From Malacoraja senta (lineage: Eukaryota): a stretch of 64,000 bases of DNA. The stretch is taken from assembly GCA_038087875.1 (NCBI GenBank), contig CM075988.1:14448001-14512000 (forward strand), in the 5' to 3' direction. Made by a program: the position numbers and the translations under genes. The notes under the pieces are model-generated. The model was not told the origin of the DNA. It worked only from the letters and a program-made list of their open reading frames with translations, and made no database searches. Positions within the stretch are counted from its first letter, which is position 1. Each line of letters opens with the position of its first letter. This document shows positions 14,007 to 26,556 of this stretch, piece by piece.

Positions 14007-15512
14007 ACATAGAAACATAGAAACAAAGAAACATAGAAAATAGGTGCAGGAGCAGGCCATTCTGCCCTTCGAGCCTGTACCGCCATTTGATATGATCATG
14101 GCTGATCATCCAACTCAGTATCCCATCCCTGCCTTCTCTCCATACCCCCTGATCCCTTTAGCCACAAGGGCCACATCTAACTCCCTCTTAAATATAGCCA
14201 ATGAGCTGGCCTCAACTACCTTCTGTGGCAGAGAATTCCACAGATTCACCACTCTCTGTGTAAAAAATGATTTCCTCATCTCGGTCCTAAAAGTCTTCCC
14301 TCTTATCCTTAAACTGTGACCCCTAGTTCTGGACTTCCCCATCATCGGGAATAATCTTCCTGCATCTAGCCTCTCCAACCCCTTAAGAATTTTGTAAGTT
14401 TCTATAAGATCCCCCCTCAGTCTTCTGAATTCCAACATGTACAAGCCGAGTCTATCCAGTCTTTCCTCATATGAAAGTCCTGCCATCCCAGGAATCAGTC
14501 TGGTGAACCTTCTCTGTACTCCCTCTATGGCAAGAATGTCTTTCCTCAGATTAGGAGACCAAAACTGTACGCAATACTCCAGGTGTGGTCTCACCAAGAC
14601 CTTGTACAACTGCAGTAGAACCTTCCTGCTCTTATACTCAAATCCTTTTGCTATGAATGCTAACATACCATTTGCTTTCTTCACTGCCTGCTGCACCTGC
14701 ATTCCTACTTTCAATGACTGGTGTACCATGACACCCAGGTCTCATTGCATCTCCCCTTTTCCTAATCGGCCACCATTCAGATAATAGTCTACTTTCCTGT
14801 TTTTGCCACCAAAGTGGATAACCTCACATTTATCCACATTATACTGCATCTGCCATGCCTTTGCCCACTCACCCAACCTATCCAAGTCACCTTGCAGCCT
14901 CCTAGCATCCTCCTCACAGCTAACACTGCCCCCCAGCTTCGTGTCATCCGCAAACTTGGAGATGTTGCATTCAATTCCCTCATCCAGATCATTAATATGT
15001 ATTGTAAATAGCTGGGGTCCCAGCACTGAGCCTTGCGGTACCCCACTAGTCACTGCCTGCCATTGTGAAAAGGACCTGTTTACTACTACTCTTTGCTTCC
15101 TGTCTGCCAGCCAGTCCTCTATCCACATCAATACTGAACCCCCAATACCATGTGCTTTATGTTTGTATGCTAATCTCTTATGTGGGACCTTGTCGAAAGC
15201 CTTCTGAAAGTCCAGATATAACACATCCACTGGTTCTCCCTTATCCACTCTACTAGTTACATCCTCGAAAAATTCTATAAGATTCGTCAGACATGATTTA
15301 CCTTTCATAAATCCATGCTGACTTTGTCCAATGAACTCACCACTTTCCAAATGTGCTGCTTTCCCATCTTTAATAACTGACTCCAGAATTTTCCCCACCA
15401 CCCATGTTAGACTAACTGGTCTGTAATTCCCCGTTTTGTCTCTCCTTCCCTTTTTTAAAAGTGGAGTTACATTAGCTACCCTCCAGTCCTCAGGAACTAC
15501 TCCAGAATCTAA
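14007..15512 (-). mobile_element. CR1/HER1-type LINE, 5'-truncated, young; RT frame broken by a single stop
   Basis: ORFs 14742-15533 and 14115-14729 are in frame: NYRPVSLT, QHGF, YLDFQKAFDKVPH, GVPQGSVLGP, FADDTKL, HLEYCVQFWSP, LWNSLP. 3' tail is a (TTTCTATG)n repeat at ~14007-14040. Confidence 0.95.
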
Positions 15513-15584
15513 AGGAACAAGGCACATCCCCATCTGCAGGACATCAATTGCTCCTTCACCTGAGATGGTCTACATTATACTGCA

Positions 15585-16495
15585 CAAAACCACAAAGTGC
15601 TGACATAACTTAGTGGGTTAGGCAGCAATCTGTGGAGGGAACAGATAGACAATGCTTTGGATCGGGAACCTTCTTCAGATTGATTGAGCTGGAAAAGAGA
15701 GGTGGGATCAGTACAAAGCCTGGCTTTATTATGTTGCAATTATGCAACACGTTGGTGAGGCCACTCCTGTGTTCAGTTTTGGCCACCCTGCTATAGGAAG
15801 GCTGTCATTAAGCCTGAAAGAGGGCAGAGAAAATTTATGAGCATGTTGTCAGAACTTGAGGGGTTGAGCTATAGGGAGAGGTTGGGCTGACTCAGACTTT
15901 TTTTCATGGATTGCGGGTGTCTGAGGGGTAATCTTATAGAAGTCTATAAAATCATCAGGGGAATAGATAGGGTAAAAGCACAATGTCATAAGGTGAGAGA
16001 GACAAGATTTAGTACAAACCTGAGGGGCAACATTTTCACTCAGAGGTTGGTGGGTATATGGAATGAGCTGCCAGAGGAGGTAGTTGAGGCAGATCCTACA
16101 GTAGTATTTAAAAGACTATTGGACAGGGGCATGGATAGGAATGGTTTAGAGGGACATGGGCCAAGCTTAGATGGGGCATCTTGGTTAGTATGAACGATGG
16201 ACTGAAGGGCCTGTTTCCATGCTGTATGACTCTTTAACTAAGTGATAGGTAATTACAGGTGAGGAGGTTTGATTGGCAGATGGGTGGAGTAAGTGACAAA
16301 AGCTAGAATTGAAAAGGAGAAAGAGAGAATCAGGCAAGTAGAGAAGAGGAATGAAATGTGCAGCTGAAAGGAGGGATGTAGGTGGAAGGGATGAGGGGAA
16401 GTGTGGAGAGAGGGGTGGGATAGTGGAAGAAATTGGTGCACAACTAGGTGGAGGGGGGGAAAGGAGAGCGAGTATAGGGGGAAATGAACCTGGCA
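15585..16495 (-). mobile_element. Penelope terminal repeat interrupted by a CR1 fragment (~15725-16235, + strand)
   Basis: The repeat breaks at caaagcctggc (~15724) and resumes at aagtgatagg (~16240). The insert encodes NLIEVYKIIRGIDRV...FTQRLVGIWNELPEEVVEA. Confidence 0.8.
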
Positions 16496-16505
16496 CCATG
16501 GTCCA

Positions 16506-17668
16506 TAATAATAAAATAATAATAAAAGCTTTATTTCAGACACAGGTCCATAGTATGAGATACAAAAATACATATAAAATTGCATATTAGCCTATAAGAT
16601 ATACAAGCTATTGCACCAATGCCGTCTTAGCCTAGAAGTGAATCTATAGCAGCTTTTCATAGGGCTGACAAGAGCTTCAATTATGTGGTTCTCTGACTTA
16701 TCCAGGCGACACATAAAACTAAACATCAGCTGTCTTAAAAGGCCTGTCTCACGAGTCTGCGGTCATTGGCGGCGAAACGGGAAGAATCTGCCGCCATAGA
16801 CCGCGCACTCGTGAGAACGCACAATTCCGGGGCCGTGCGGCGGTGTTCCCAACACCGCACGGTGCTAAAATAAAACCTACACTGTTTAAAACTATATTCT
16901 TACCGCACAACCTCCACCAGTGATGCACGAGTGCGGCACGGCCGCCCGCACGGGCCGCCGCCAGTGTGGCTCGAGCGCCGTGCGTCAAACTTCCACTGCC
17001 ACAGCCTCTGCCAGTGAGGCACGTGTGCGGCACGGCCACAGGCACAGCCACCGTTACAGCGCCGCGATCAGGACGACCGCTGCCACAGCCGCCGCTAGTG
17101 AGTCACGTGCGGCGGGCCGACGTCATCGCAGTCGGCCCGCCCTTTTTTTTACTTACCGCAAGCACGTGGGACCAGCCGTATTTGAATTACTCGGCCCCCG
17201 CGCAGCATCCGTGCGGCGCTCCCGTGGATAGGCTCGGCGCTCTCGCCGTTGCCGTGCGGTCCCCTCTACCGGCGACGCCGCGCTTCACCGCCGATGACCG
17301 CAAACAGGTAAGACAGAGCCTTAGAGTGCCTCACAGGTTGGCACTCTAGTGGACACAAACAATTGACTGGCACTATGCCATCTAGGGACACAAAGTAGCA
17401 ACCTCATTGCATTATTGTATGCTACCTTGAGCCTCTGCATACTCTTTTTCTTATAATTAGACCACAATTGAGCAGTATATAACGGTGTGATGTAGGTTCT
17501 GAACAGTGAACACTTCACAGAGTCAGAGCACATAGAAAACTTCCTTATAAGCATGTTAGCTTGAAGATAAATGTGACAGCGCTGTCGGTAGAGGTCTTTG
17601 TCATCCGTCCAGTCATCGGATATTACATGACCTAGGTATTTAATTTCCTAACACACAGCAAGAGGACT
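16506..17668 (-). mobile_element. Non-LTR retrotransposon 3' part (RTE-X-like), split by a MITE
   Basis: IKYLGHVISDDWTDDKDLYRQRCHIYLQANMLIRKFSMCSDSVK...LKVAYNNAMRLLL...CEAL, resuming after the MITE as LRQLMFSFMCRLDKSENHII...SLYIL (stop 16592-16594); then AATAAA and a (TTA)n tail. Clade assignment is from motif memory. Confidence 0.8.
16738..17320. mobile_element. GC-rich MITE (PIF/Harbinger-like)
   Basis: ~40-bp imperfect TIRs (ggcctgtctcacgagtctgcggtcattggcggcgaa vs the reverse complement of the right end, ggctctgtcttacctgtttgcggtcatcggcggtgaa); TTA at 16735-16737 and 17321-17323. Confidence 0.85.
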
Positions 17669-18483
17669 GTGTAGGATCCATAGAGCCAATTTTGATCAAT
17701 AATACAGCCTTGGTCATTAGGAAAGATCCAGGCACAGCATCTAGTTCCACGATCAAAATATGAAGATGGCAAAATGTCTCTTTATTGGAGTCTTGTATCT
17801 GAACATCAGGCTGAAGGGAATGAGTTCACTTTAGGCCAAATAGACATTCAGACCATTGGTTAAAAGCAGCATGAACAAAAAGCAATATTCCATATTTTAA
17901 CAAACTCACAGCCGATAGATTTCAAATATTTATGCAGCTTCACGCATATTTTGACACCAAAGCATATTGCATTCCAAAGATGACAATAGAAGCAGATTTG
18001 CTAAATTTTGTGTTTTGCACAGTGACAAGATCCCCTTTCAAAAATGTTTTTCCATTCTGCATTAACTGCTCCAACAACACTTGGACACATGTATCATAAT
18101 AATTTTCATTTCACTCCTCATCTCATACTCCCACTGGCATCTCCTGTTACTTCACTCAGCCACCAAACCATCAGTGAGAGACTGTGGTACCGCATCAGTG
18201 AGCCTTCAGCTTCCCTCTATATACAAGACTGACTCCCTGTTAAACAAGCCCTGGCTTGTTCAGACCTTACATTAAGCCTTTGGTTTCTGTCAGAGACATC
18301 ATGATAGCCTTACAATAAGTCTTGGGAAGATTTTGGTTTATGGAACCATCATGCCTCTCTCCATAAGACCACACAATTATCCGAAAACAGCCTTCAGATC
18401 ACAACTGTTCAAAAATTAATGGTGCAGGATAATTCCAGGAAAGTAACCAATCAATAACCACTGGCATTTAATAGAAGCTTTAA

Positions 18484-18686
18484 GATCATAAGTGATAGGA
18501 GCAGAATTAAGCCATTTGGCCAATCAAGTCTACTAAACCATTCACTCATGGCTGATCTATCTCTACCTCCTAACCCCATTCTCCTGCCTTCTCCCCATAA
18601 CCGCTGACACCCGTGCTAATCAAGCATCTATCTATCTCTGCCTTAAAAATATCCACTGACATGGCCTGCACAGCTTTCTGTGAAAA
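18484..18686 (-). mobile_element. CR1-type LINE 3' end
   Basis: DIFKAEIDRCLISTGVSGYGEKAGEWG plus the 3' UTR. Same short family at 34742-34905, 40730-40978 and 44560-44690 (+). Confidence 0.85.
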
Positions 18687-18763
18687 TACCAAAAGTATTT
18701 GATGGCGAATATGAAAACATCTTGATCGAGGACATCTGCAAGGAGTAGAGGCAGTGAGTGTTA

Positions 18764-19006
18764 AGGGCTTGTCCCACTTGACGAAATTTTCAGCGACTGC
18801 CGGCATCGACTGACGCATCAGGTCACCGAAAAGATCGTGGCGTGATGCGGCGTGATGACGTATTGACACGCGGTGTTTCCTCAAGTGTCACAACATTTTT
18901 TTTGTCGCCGCTGGATTTTGAAATGTTCAAAATCTTTCGGCGACCCTGATAGATCAGTCAATGATGCCGGCAGTAGCCAAAAAAATCACCAAGTGGGACA
19001 GGCCCT
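18764..19006. mobile_element. MITE with AGGGCYTGTCCCACTTG TIRs
   Basis: agggcttgtcccacttg ... caagtgggacaggccct with extended imperfect inverted arms; TA/TTAA context on both sides. Confidence 0.9.
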
Positions 19007-19613
19007 TAAGGGAGGGCATTCCTGAACCATAGTGTGATGCAGCTAGCTGCCAGTAGTTGAGCAGAATGCACTGAAGCCAGGCATAGCCTTCGGTTTGAGA
19101 AGAGAATCAATGCTTGCCCCAAAGGTGTTGAAATGATTGATCATACCTGCTGTCAACCACAGACAAGAACCACAGTAATAGTCCAGCCACTCTCCTCTTG
19201 ATTCTTTTCAGCAAATTTCAGTGAATTAGCACAGGGACAAATTGCAATTATTCACCTCTAGCCCACAGATTACAAGTGAGAGCTTTGCTAACGAGTGCAT
19301 TTGAACTTCAAATTTAGTGACAGCTTCCATTTATTTTATTTTCAACCGACTTAGCATGGTGCCTTTGATTCCGAGCCTGAGAAACCTCTACTTGATTGTC
19401 AACTCACCATTTCACTGGTGTTGAACTTATTTCCCCACACTACAATAAGAGGAATTGTTGGGCATAATGATGATTGTAATCTACATCTTCTAAGAATTGA
19501 CACCACAGAGATAAACATACTTTAAAATCGAATTCCCTGGGGGTTGGATCCGTCTACAAGTTACTTGGCCTAATGTCTCAGCATGATGTGTTGGTTTGCA
19601 ATACATGGTTACA

Positions 19614-19906
19614 TAGTTTAGTTTTAGTTTTGAGATACAGTGCGGAAACAGGTCCTTCGGCCCACCGAGTCTGCGCCAACCAGCGAACCCCACACATTAA
19701 TACTATCCTACACACATTAGGGACAATTTACACTTATACCAAGCCAATTAACCTACACACGTGTACGTCTTTGGAATGTAGAGGAAACTAAAGATCTTGG
19801 AGAAACCCTACACAGGTCATGGGGAGAACGTACAAATTCTGTACAGACAGCACCCAAAGTCAGGATCGAACCCGGGTCTCTGGCGCTGTAAGGCAGCAAC
19901 TCTACC
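19614..19906 (-). mobile_element. HE1-type SINE
   Basis: Reverse complement of the HE1 pattern with B box (ggatcgaacc on +) and (gttta)n tail. Confidence 0.9.
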
Positions 19907-20742
19907 CTTCTCTGTTACTCTGTTAACTGTTTGTTTCATTTGTGCTTCCCAAACCATCTGAAACTTAGCACATCATCCCTTCCAACAAGGAGCTACAGTT
20001 TACCAAGAACAATCAACTGGAACACACAATACAGACACATTACAGGGGAGAGGGAAGATAAATCACCTCCATCTTCAGCTCTTGGCTGCAGCTCCCGACA
20101 CCCTTGGAAATGAGCAACATTGTATACCGTCGAGGATAGGATCAAAATGTACCTTCAAAGTAAATCAAACTTCACAGCATGAGACTACTTGCTGGTGATT
20201 TCGATGAGCTGCAATCCTATTGCATTGTTGAGAATGTATTTGGACTGAAAAGACGAGACACAAATGTTCTGTGGCAAATTTTGTTCATGTTATCCAGCAG
20301 TTTCAGCAATGACATGAATCAAATGGATTTCAATGGTGTGGGAAGGCAGCAAGAGGGAATTTTTGTAAAACTAATGGCAGAACTGAATGTTAAAGAGAGC
20401 TACCAGAGTGTATTTAAGCTCAACACACCTGTCCCCTGCCTGAAATTGCAGAATCTTCTGCACTTGAATAACAGCCATTTAGGCGTAATATTTCTTTGAG
20501 TGGATAACCTGGCCTCTTGAAACATTCAATATTGAAAGATATCTTTAACACGCTATCAATTATTTGTGAAGTGTCATTTTTGTTCCATACTAATTAAAAT
20601 ACATGACTAGTGTAACAATTCACAGTGGGTAAACTTTGAATGCAAGTTATTCACTTATCTTCAGCAACGGTTAGAGCAGCAGAGGAGCTCAGATCCAGTC
20701 ACGTTTTGAACATTGGTCTTACCATTCATACAAGAACTCCAT

Positions 20743-21292
20743 ACTGAAAGTAAGCACGCAGGTACAGCAGTCAGTGAAGAATGCCTTCATTGCGAGAGGA
20801 TTGGCCATTGCGTGAGTTGGCCTTCATTGCGAGAGGATTTGAGTTTAGGAGCAAGGAGGTCCTACTGCAGTTGTACAGGGCCCTGGTGAGACCGCACCTA
20901 TTGTGTGTAATTGTGTTCTCCTAATTTGAGGGAGGACATTATTGCTATAGAGGGGGTGCAGCATAGGTTCACCAGGTTAATTCCCGGGATGGCGGGACTG
21001 ACATGTGATGAAAGAATGGGTCGACTGGGCTTGTATTCGCTGGAATTTAGAAGGATGAGAGGGTATCTTATAGAAACATTAAAAATTCTTAGAGGATTGG
21101 ACAGGGTAGATGCAGGAAAAATGTTCCCGATGTTGGGGGAGTCCAAAACAGTTTACAGTTTCAGAATAAGGGGTAGGCCATTTAGGACTGAGATAAGGAA
21201 TAGCTTTTTCACCCAGAGAGCTGTGAATCTGTGGAATTCTCTACCGCAGAAGGCAGTGGAGGCCAATTAACTGGATGTTTTCAAGAGAGAGT
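20743..21292 (+). mobile_element. CR1-type LINE RT fragment, truncated at a MITE
   Basis: SPNLREDIIAIEGVQHRFTRLIPGM...LWNSLPQKAVEA. Confidence 0.9.
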
Positions 21293-21294
21293 AA

Positions 21295-21980
21295 AGGGGC
21301 TGTCCCACTGCGGCGATCTAATCTGCGAGTTTAGACGAGTTTGCCCTCGACTCAAACTCGCAGCATGGTCGACACGAGGTCCTAAGAGGTCCTATGAGGT
21401 CCTATTGGAACTCTCCTTCATGCTCGAGGGAAGTTCCCGAATACTCGTGGCCTCAGCTAGGTCGTGGAAAATTTTTCAGCGAGTAAAATTTGGTCGGCAT
21501 GGTTCTTTAACTCGTAGTGCAGTGGAGTGGGGTAGCTATTTAGTTACAGGCAGTCGAGGGCAGCCGTAGGCAATCTCCTTCACCGACTGGGCATTTTGAT
21601 TGGCTCATTGGAGTTTTCAGGATCAGGGAAAAACGACCAGTAGGTAAAATGCCCGCTAAACTTTATTATACTTTTAAAAAGTGGCTCCACTCCTTCTCCC
21701 CCCCCCTTGCTCTCTAAAGGTCTGTGCCAGCCGTTTACCTTCCTCTTCATTGCGGGTCTGAATTTCAGACAGCGCTCCCCCGCTTTGTGTGTGTGTGCGT
21801 GTGCGTGTGCCTGTGCGTGTGCGTGTGCGTGTGTGTGTGTGTTCGATCCAGCTCGCGGTTTCAACATGGACGGTCGATCCAGCTCGAGGTTTTCCAGGCG
21901 AGCTTGAGTGCCCTCGAGCTTGAAGGTCGAAGGCACTCTTCTTAACTCGCAGATTAGGTTGCTGCAGTGGGACAGCCCCT
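21295..21980. mobile_element. MITE with ~46-bp AGGGGCTGTCCCACTGC TIRs
   Basis: Left aggggctgtcccactgcggcgatctaatctgcgagtt; right aactcgcagattaggttgctgcagtgggacagcccct; internal TG/CGTGTG microsatellite ~21786-21842. Confidence 0.92.
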
Positions 21981-23073
21981 TTACCGTAGGCTAGGCTACC
22001 TTCTTGAATTGTTGCCGTCTTTCTGGTGAATGTTGCTGTGTAGGGAGTTCCGGGATTTAGACCAAATCACGATGGAGAAATGATATATTTCCAAGTCAGA
22101 ATGGTGTGTGAATTGGAGGTGGTCCTACAAGCTCGTGGAGGTCACATTTTTTCAGAGGTGCTATTAGAATGCCCTCGGTAAGTAAATGGCATCTCATTTT
22201 GTGGCTAGTACACGATGACCACTGTGTTGCTGTGGTGGAGGGAACGGATGTTTATGGTAGTGGATAGAGTACCAATGGAGCAAGCTGCTTTGTCATGAAT
22301 GGTGTCCATCTCATGAATGCCGTGGGAGCTGTAATCTTCAAGCACATAGACAGTGGCCTTAATTGTCTTGGTTGATACTCCCACATTAACAGTGGACCAT
22401 CAATAGGTCTGAATGAAAATTAAACAGTGTATGTTTGCAAGCACCAAGATATGGACAACATATTGGATGGACCAATAATGGCTGGCAATTTTATTTTCGC
22501 ACAAGCCTAGCAAAGAGCAAGACGAAACACCTATGCTTAACATGGTATAAATGTAAATTATCCCTAGTGTGTGTAGGATAATGTTAATATGTGGGGATCG
22601 CTGGTCAGGGCAGAGTTGGTGGATCGAAGGGCCTGTTTCCGCGCTGTATCTCTAAACTAAACTAAAGTAATCGTCAAGAACAACATGGACATCAAATGCA
22701 TAGGAACAGGTTCTCTTCCACTGCATACCATCTGAACTTAGAAACATATTGTTGGTCTTCTATCACTGTTGGGTCTAAATCGTAAAGTTCTGACCCAACA
22801 GCACAGTCAGAATCTCTTTACCAGAAGGATTGTAATAATTGATGAAGGGAGTTTACCATTATCTTCTCAAGGATAATTAGGCATGGACAGTGAATGATGG
22901 CCTTCTCAGTGACGTTCATATCCCATAAAATAATGTGTTAAGAGCTATATTTTGTGGTTAGTTTATTGGTGTCAGTCCAGACCCAAAAGGAGCTAGATTA
23001 AAACTACCTATCCTGATTTTACTTGAGTTTACTAAGCCAGCAGTGTGACACTTTCATCCCATGTGTCCTGTAG

Positions 23074-23160
23074 ATCTACTTCCCACACATCTCCTCAACA
23101 GATGTCACACGAGACACCAACTCCATTACCTGCAGGTCAGCACTGTTCGAGACAGGAATG
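23074..23160 (+). other. Candidate spliced exon (unverified)
   Basis: Acceptor tttcatcccatgtgtcctgtag, donor ATG|gtgaga, 87 nt, no stop in any frame; no recognisable protein. Confidence 0.25.
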
Positions 23161-24368
23161 GTGAGATAAACATGCCTCAGAGCCGAACATTCGATTAGCC
23201 AGAACGAACAGCGTGCAAAACTTGTTTCTCCACAGATTAAAAGAAGAAATGGAAATATAACAGAATGATGACATTATGCTTTTCAAGAAAGCAGCTCATC
23301 TCTTAAACCAAAACAGGCCTCACTTTTATTCCCATTTGATTGTTGGTGAAAAACTGTTTCTCATCCATATACCCATGTGAATTTTACACTGTGCCATGAA
23401 CCATAAGCCAGATTAACATGCTCCCAGTGACCAGGGAGGGAATGAACAATGAATACTACAACTTTATACTGTAGGCATGGAGAAGAAACGGCCTGCTCCA
23501 CCATGCGAGAATGCAAACAAATTCCCCTCTCAGCCTTCACAATTCCAGCCTTCTATGACCTCCTTCAACCAGGCCAGAAAGAATCATTGCAGCACAATTG
23601 ACAAAGTAGCAGAAAAATGTATTGCTTCAGATGATATTGTTTCCACTCACTTAAGATAGGAAGTTAGACTGGGATGAGTCAGATTAGTAATGCAACAAGC
23701 TTAATTTCCACCGGCGCAGCAGCAGGCTGGGCCTATGAAGTTACTCTTCTAAACCCTCACCGCCTACAAACTCATCCACCCCACTCACCCTTTAAGTTAT
23801 TATCGATCGAAAGTTTAAAATAAGAACAAATCACGAGGTTTTAAATTTGAAACATTTAGCGAACATGAATGAGTGTTGCAAAGAAAAACCTTTATTATTG
23901 AAGAGATTGCTCTGCTCAATAAATCTGCTCAAATCCTTTAATTATTTGAATTAGTCAGTCTACTGTTGAAGTAGCAAGAATAATATTTATAGTGGACATG
24001 GTAATATACGTCATGTTAAATATATAATACACACGGGTAAGATTCTAATTGAACAGTCAAAAGTACAGCACATTCTCTTGCACAGTATTAATATTTTTCA
24101 ATAAGGAACATTTTTGGTTAGATTTCACGTCAACCCGAAAGGAGAGCGGGGATGGGGGAAAACAAAAGCTAGAAAGCAAAGTTAGAAATGTAATAAACAA
24201 CATAAATACATAGTTGAAACAAAGGTCAGCATTAAAAGGGGGCAGAGTAAATGTAAAAGGTTAGAATTAAAGGCACTATGTCTAAATGTAAGCTGCATAC
24301 ACAACAAGATGGATGAACGAGGGCACCAAAGATCATAATTGGGTATCATCCATTTGCCATCACAGGCT

Positions 24369-24499
24369 CTGAAGAAGGGTCTCGACCTGAAACATCACCC
24401 ATTCCTTCTCTCCAGAGATGCTGCCCGTCCCGTTGAGTTACTCCAGCAATTTGTGTCTATCTTCGGTGTATACCAGCATCTGCGGTTCCTTCCTACACA
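24369..24499 (+). mobile_element. 131-bp solo Penelope-derived insertion
   Basis: Starts at CTGAAGA; TSD 24355-24368 and 24500-24513 (13/14). Confidence 0.85.
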
Positions 24500-24592
24500 T
24501 GCCACCACAGGCTACAAGGTGAGCCAAGTTGCAAACTAACTATTCCAAAGTCTTCAACATTTAGGAAGGAAAGGCAAAAAAAAGAAGTGAAT

Positions 24593-24818
24593 ATAGACAC
24601 AAAAGCTGGAGTAACTCCGTGGGTCAGGCAGCATCTCTGGCGAAAAGGAATAGGAGAGATTTCAGGTCAAGACTCTTCTTCAGACTCAAGTCTGAAGAAG
24701 GGTTTCAACCCAAAGAGTCACCTATTATTTTTTCTCCAAAGATGCTGCCTGACCCACTGAGTTACTCCAGCTTTTTGTGTCTATTTTTGGTGTTAACCAA
24801 CATCTGCAATTCCTTCCT
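24593..24818. mobile_element. Palindromic Penelope-derived short insertion
   Basis: Inverted arms tagacacaaaaagctggagtaactc / gagttactccagctttttgtgtcta around two degenerate hammerhead-like cores. Confidence 0.85.
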
Positions 24819-24859
24819 AAACAAAATAAAGAGATGGGTAGCACTTTTCATAAGGATGA

Positions 24860-26130
24860 TGTTGAAACAATCGTTTAAAATGGTTTGGCAGATTATTGTA
24901 TGAAATTAAAGTCATTTTGTGTGTTGGGTGGAGCAAAGGAACAGCAGGAGGCAGAACACATTGGTAAGAGTTGTTTATGGGTCTCTGAACAGTAATTGTG
25001 ATGTAGGGCACAGTCTAAATAAAGAAATTAGGATGCTCAAGGATAATATGGTAATTATGGGGGACTTTAATCTTCATGTAGACTGGGCTAATCAAATTAC
25101 TGGGAGCACCTAAGAGGATGAATTCCTGGAACATGTACAACATGGATTTCTAGATCGATATTTTGAGGAACTTGCTGGGCACAAGGTTATTTCAGATCTA
25201 GCAACAAGAGAGGTTTAATTTTACAATACTATTGTAACATGTGCCAAAATATAATAGAATTGTACTTAAAGTCTGAGAGTGATGCAGTTCTGTAACTGGT
25301 TTTTAACCTATATTAGAAAACTGTGAAGATTGGCTGGTGCCCATTGGGAAACTACATTAAAAGCCATGCCAGTGTGAAAGTAATGATTGGAAATGAAAGA
25401 AAAAGTAAATGCATTCTTTAAGCCACAAAAACACAGCAGGAAAAGTGATTGTTGCTGCCAACAGAAGCAATTAGCCCCAAACACTGGGAACATTTTATAT
25501 TTCAGCGCAAAAACAAAAGAAGGGAAAAAAGAGTACAATGGCAAAAAATAACATGAAAACAAGAATTAGTAAAAAGACTTGCAAGGGGAAATGTCCCTTA
25601 CATAGACAATAAATTTGTAAAGAGGGATAAGGAAATGACAGAGGAATACCTCGAAACAAATACCTCGTATCAGCCTTTACAGAAGATGATAAATAAAGCA
25701 TGACAGAAACACTGGAGAATCGAAGGTGTAGCGTTGTGTAGCGAAGGTGTTGATGTTTTTATAAAGTGTTCATAAAGAAACACTATTACAGTTAATGAGG
25801 CAGAACATGTAGAATCCCAAAAAGTCCTCTGTTGAACGACCCCAGGGTTTTGAAGGGTTAGTTGTGGAGATAATGGATTCTCCCATTAATTCCCCAAATA
25901 CTGAATTGGATGCAGCAGATTGGAATGTTGCAAATGAATCCCCATTATTTAAGCAAGAAAGGAAAGGTACAAAAGATACCATCGACTTAGTGATCCTGGC
26001 ATAAACAGTAAGGAAAATGATGGAAGCTATAATAAAGGATGTAACATCAAAAGTTTAGAAATTAATAATATGATTTGCAGCATTACTATGAATTTATAAC
26101 AGGAAAATCAGGGCAGACTAATCTTTTGTA
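24860..26130 (+). mobile_element. Old CR1-type LINE ORF2 relic including APE endonuclease region
   Basis: WVEQRNSRRQNTLVRVVY...VIMGDFNLHVDW (GDFN motif), followed by decayed RT N-terminal motifs. Confidence 0.7.
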
Positions 26131-26239
26131 GTTTTCTGAAGCAGGATTTTAAAAAATCACCGTTTTAAATTAACAAAGGACATTCGTTGATAATGAATCA
26201 GAATGTTAAGAAATAAGAATCACTGTCGCCGACAAAGTG

Positions 26240-26556
26240 GTTTAGTTTTAGCTTAGTGTAGAGATACAGCGCGGTCACAGGCCCAAGTCCTTGCCAACCA
26301 GCGATCCCCGCACACTAACACAGTCCTACACACATTAGGGCCAATTTACAATGTGATCAATCCAATCAGCCTACAAGCCTGTATATCTTTGGAGAGTGAG
26401 AAGAAACGGAAGCACCCGGAGAAAATCCACACAGGTCACGGGGAGAAAGTTGACTACTTCTAGATTACTTCTGGAATCTGTTTAACAGCACTCGTAGTCA
26501 GGATTGAACCAGTGTGATTGGTACTGAAAGGCAGCAACTGCTGCTGCACCACCGTG
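26240..26556 (-). mobile_element. HE1-type SINE
   Basis: gtttagttttagcttagtgtagagatacagcgcgg...gcagcaactgctgctgcaccaccgtg. Confidence 0.85.

Noticed and set aside
14044..15256. + strand ORFs over the CR1
   Set aside because: Antisense shadows of the RT frame.
16749..17349. Overlapping GC-rich ORFs (also 40053-40648, 56038-56554, 60519-61561 +)
   Set aside because: Stop-poor GC-rich transposon sequence or antisense of DIRS; no coding signature.
20153..20499. 106-aa + strand ORF and a possible minus-strand exon (SKYILNNAIGLQLIEITSK)
   Set aside because: No recognisable homology; the 92-nt minus exon candidate has stops in all three frames.
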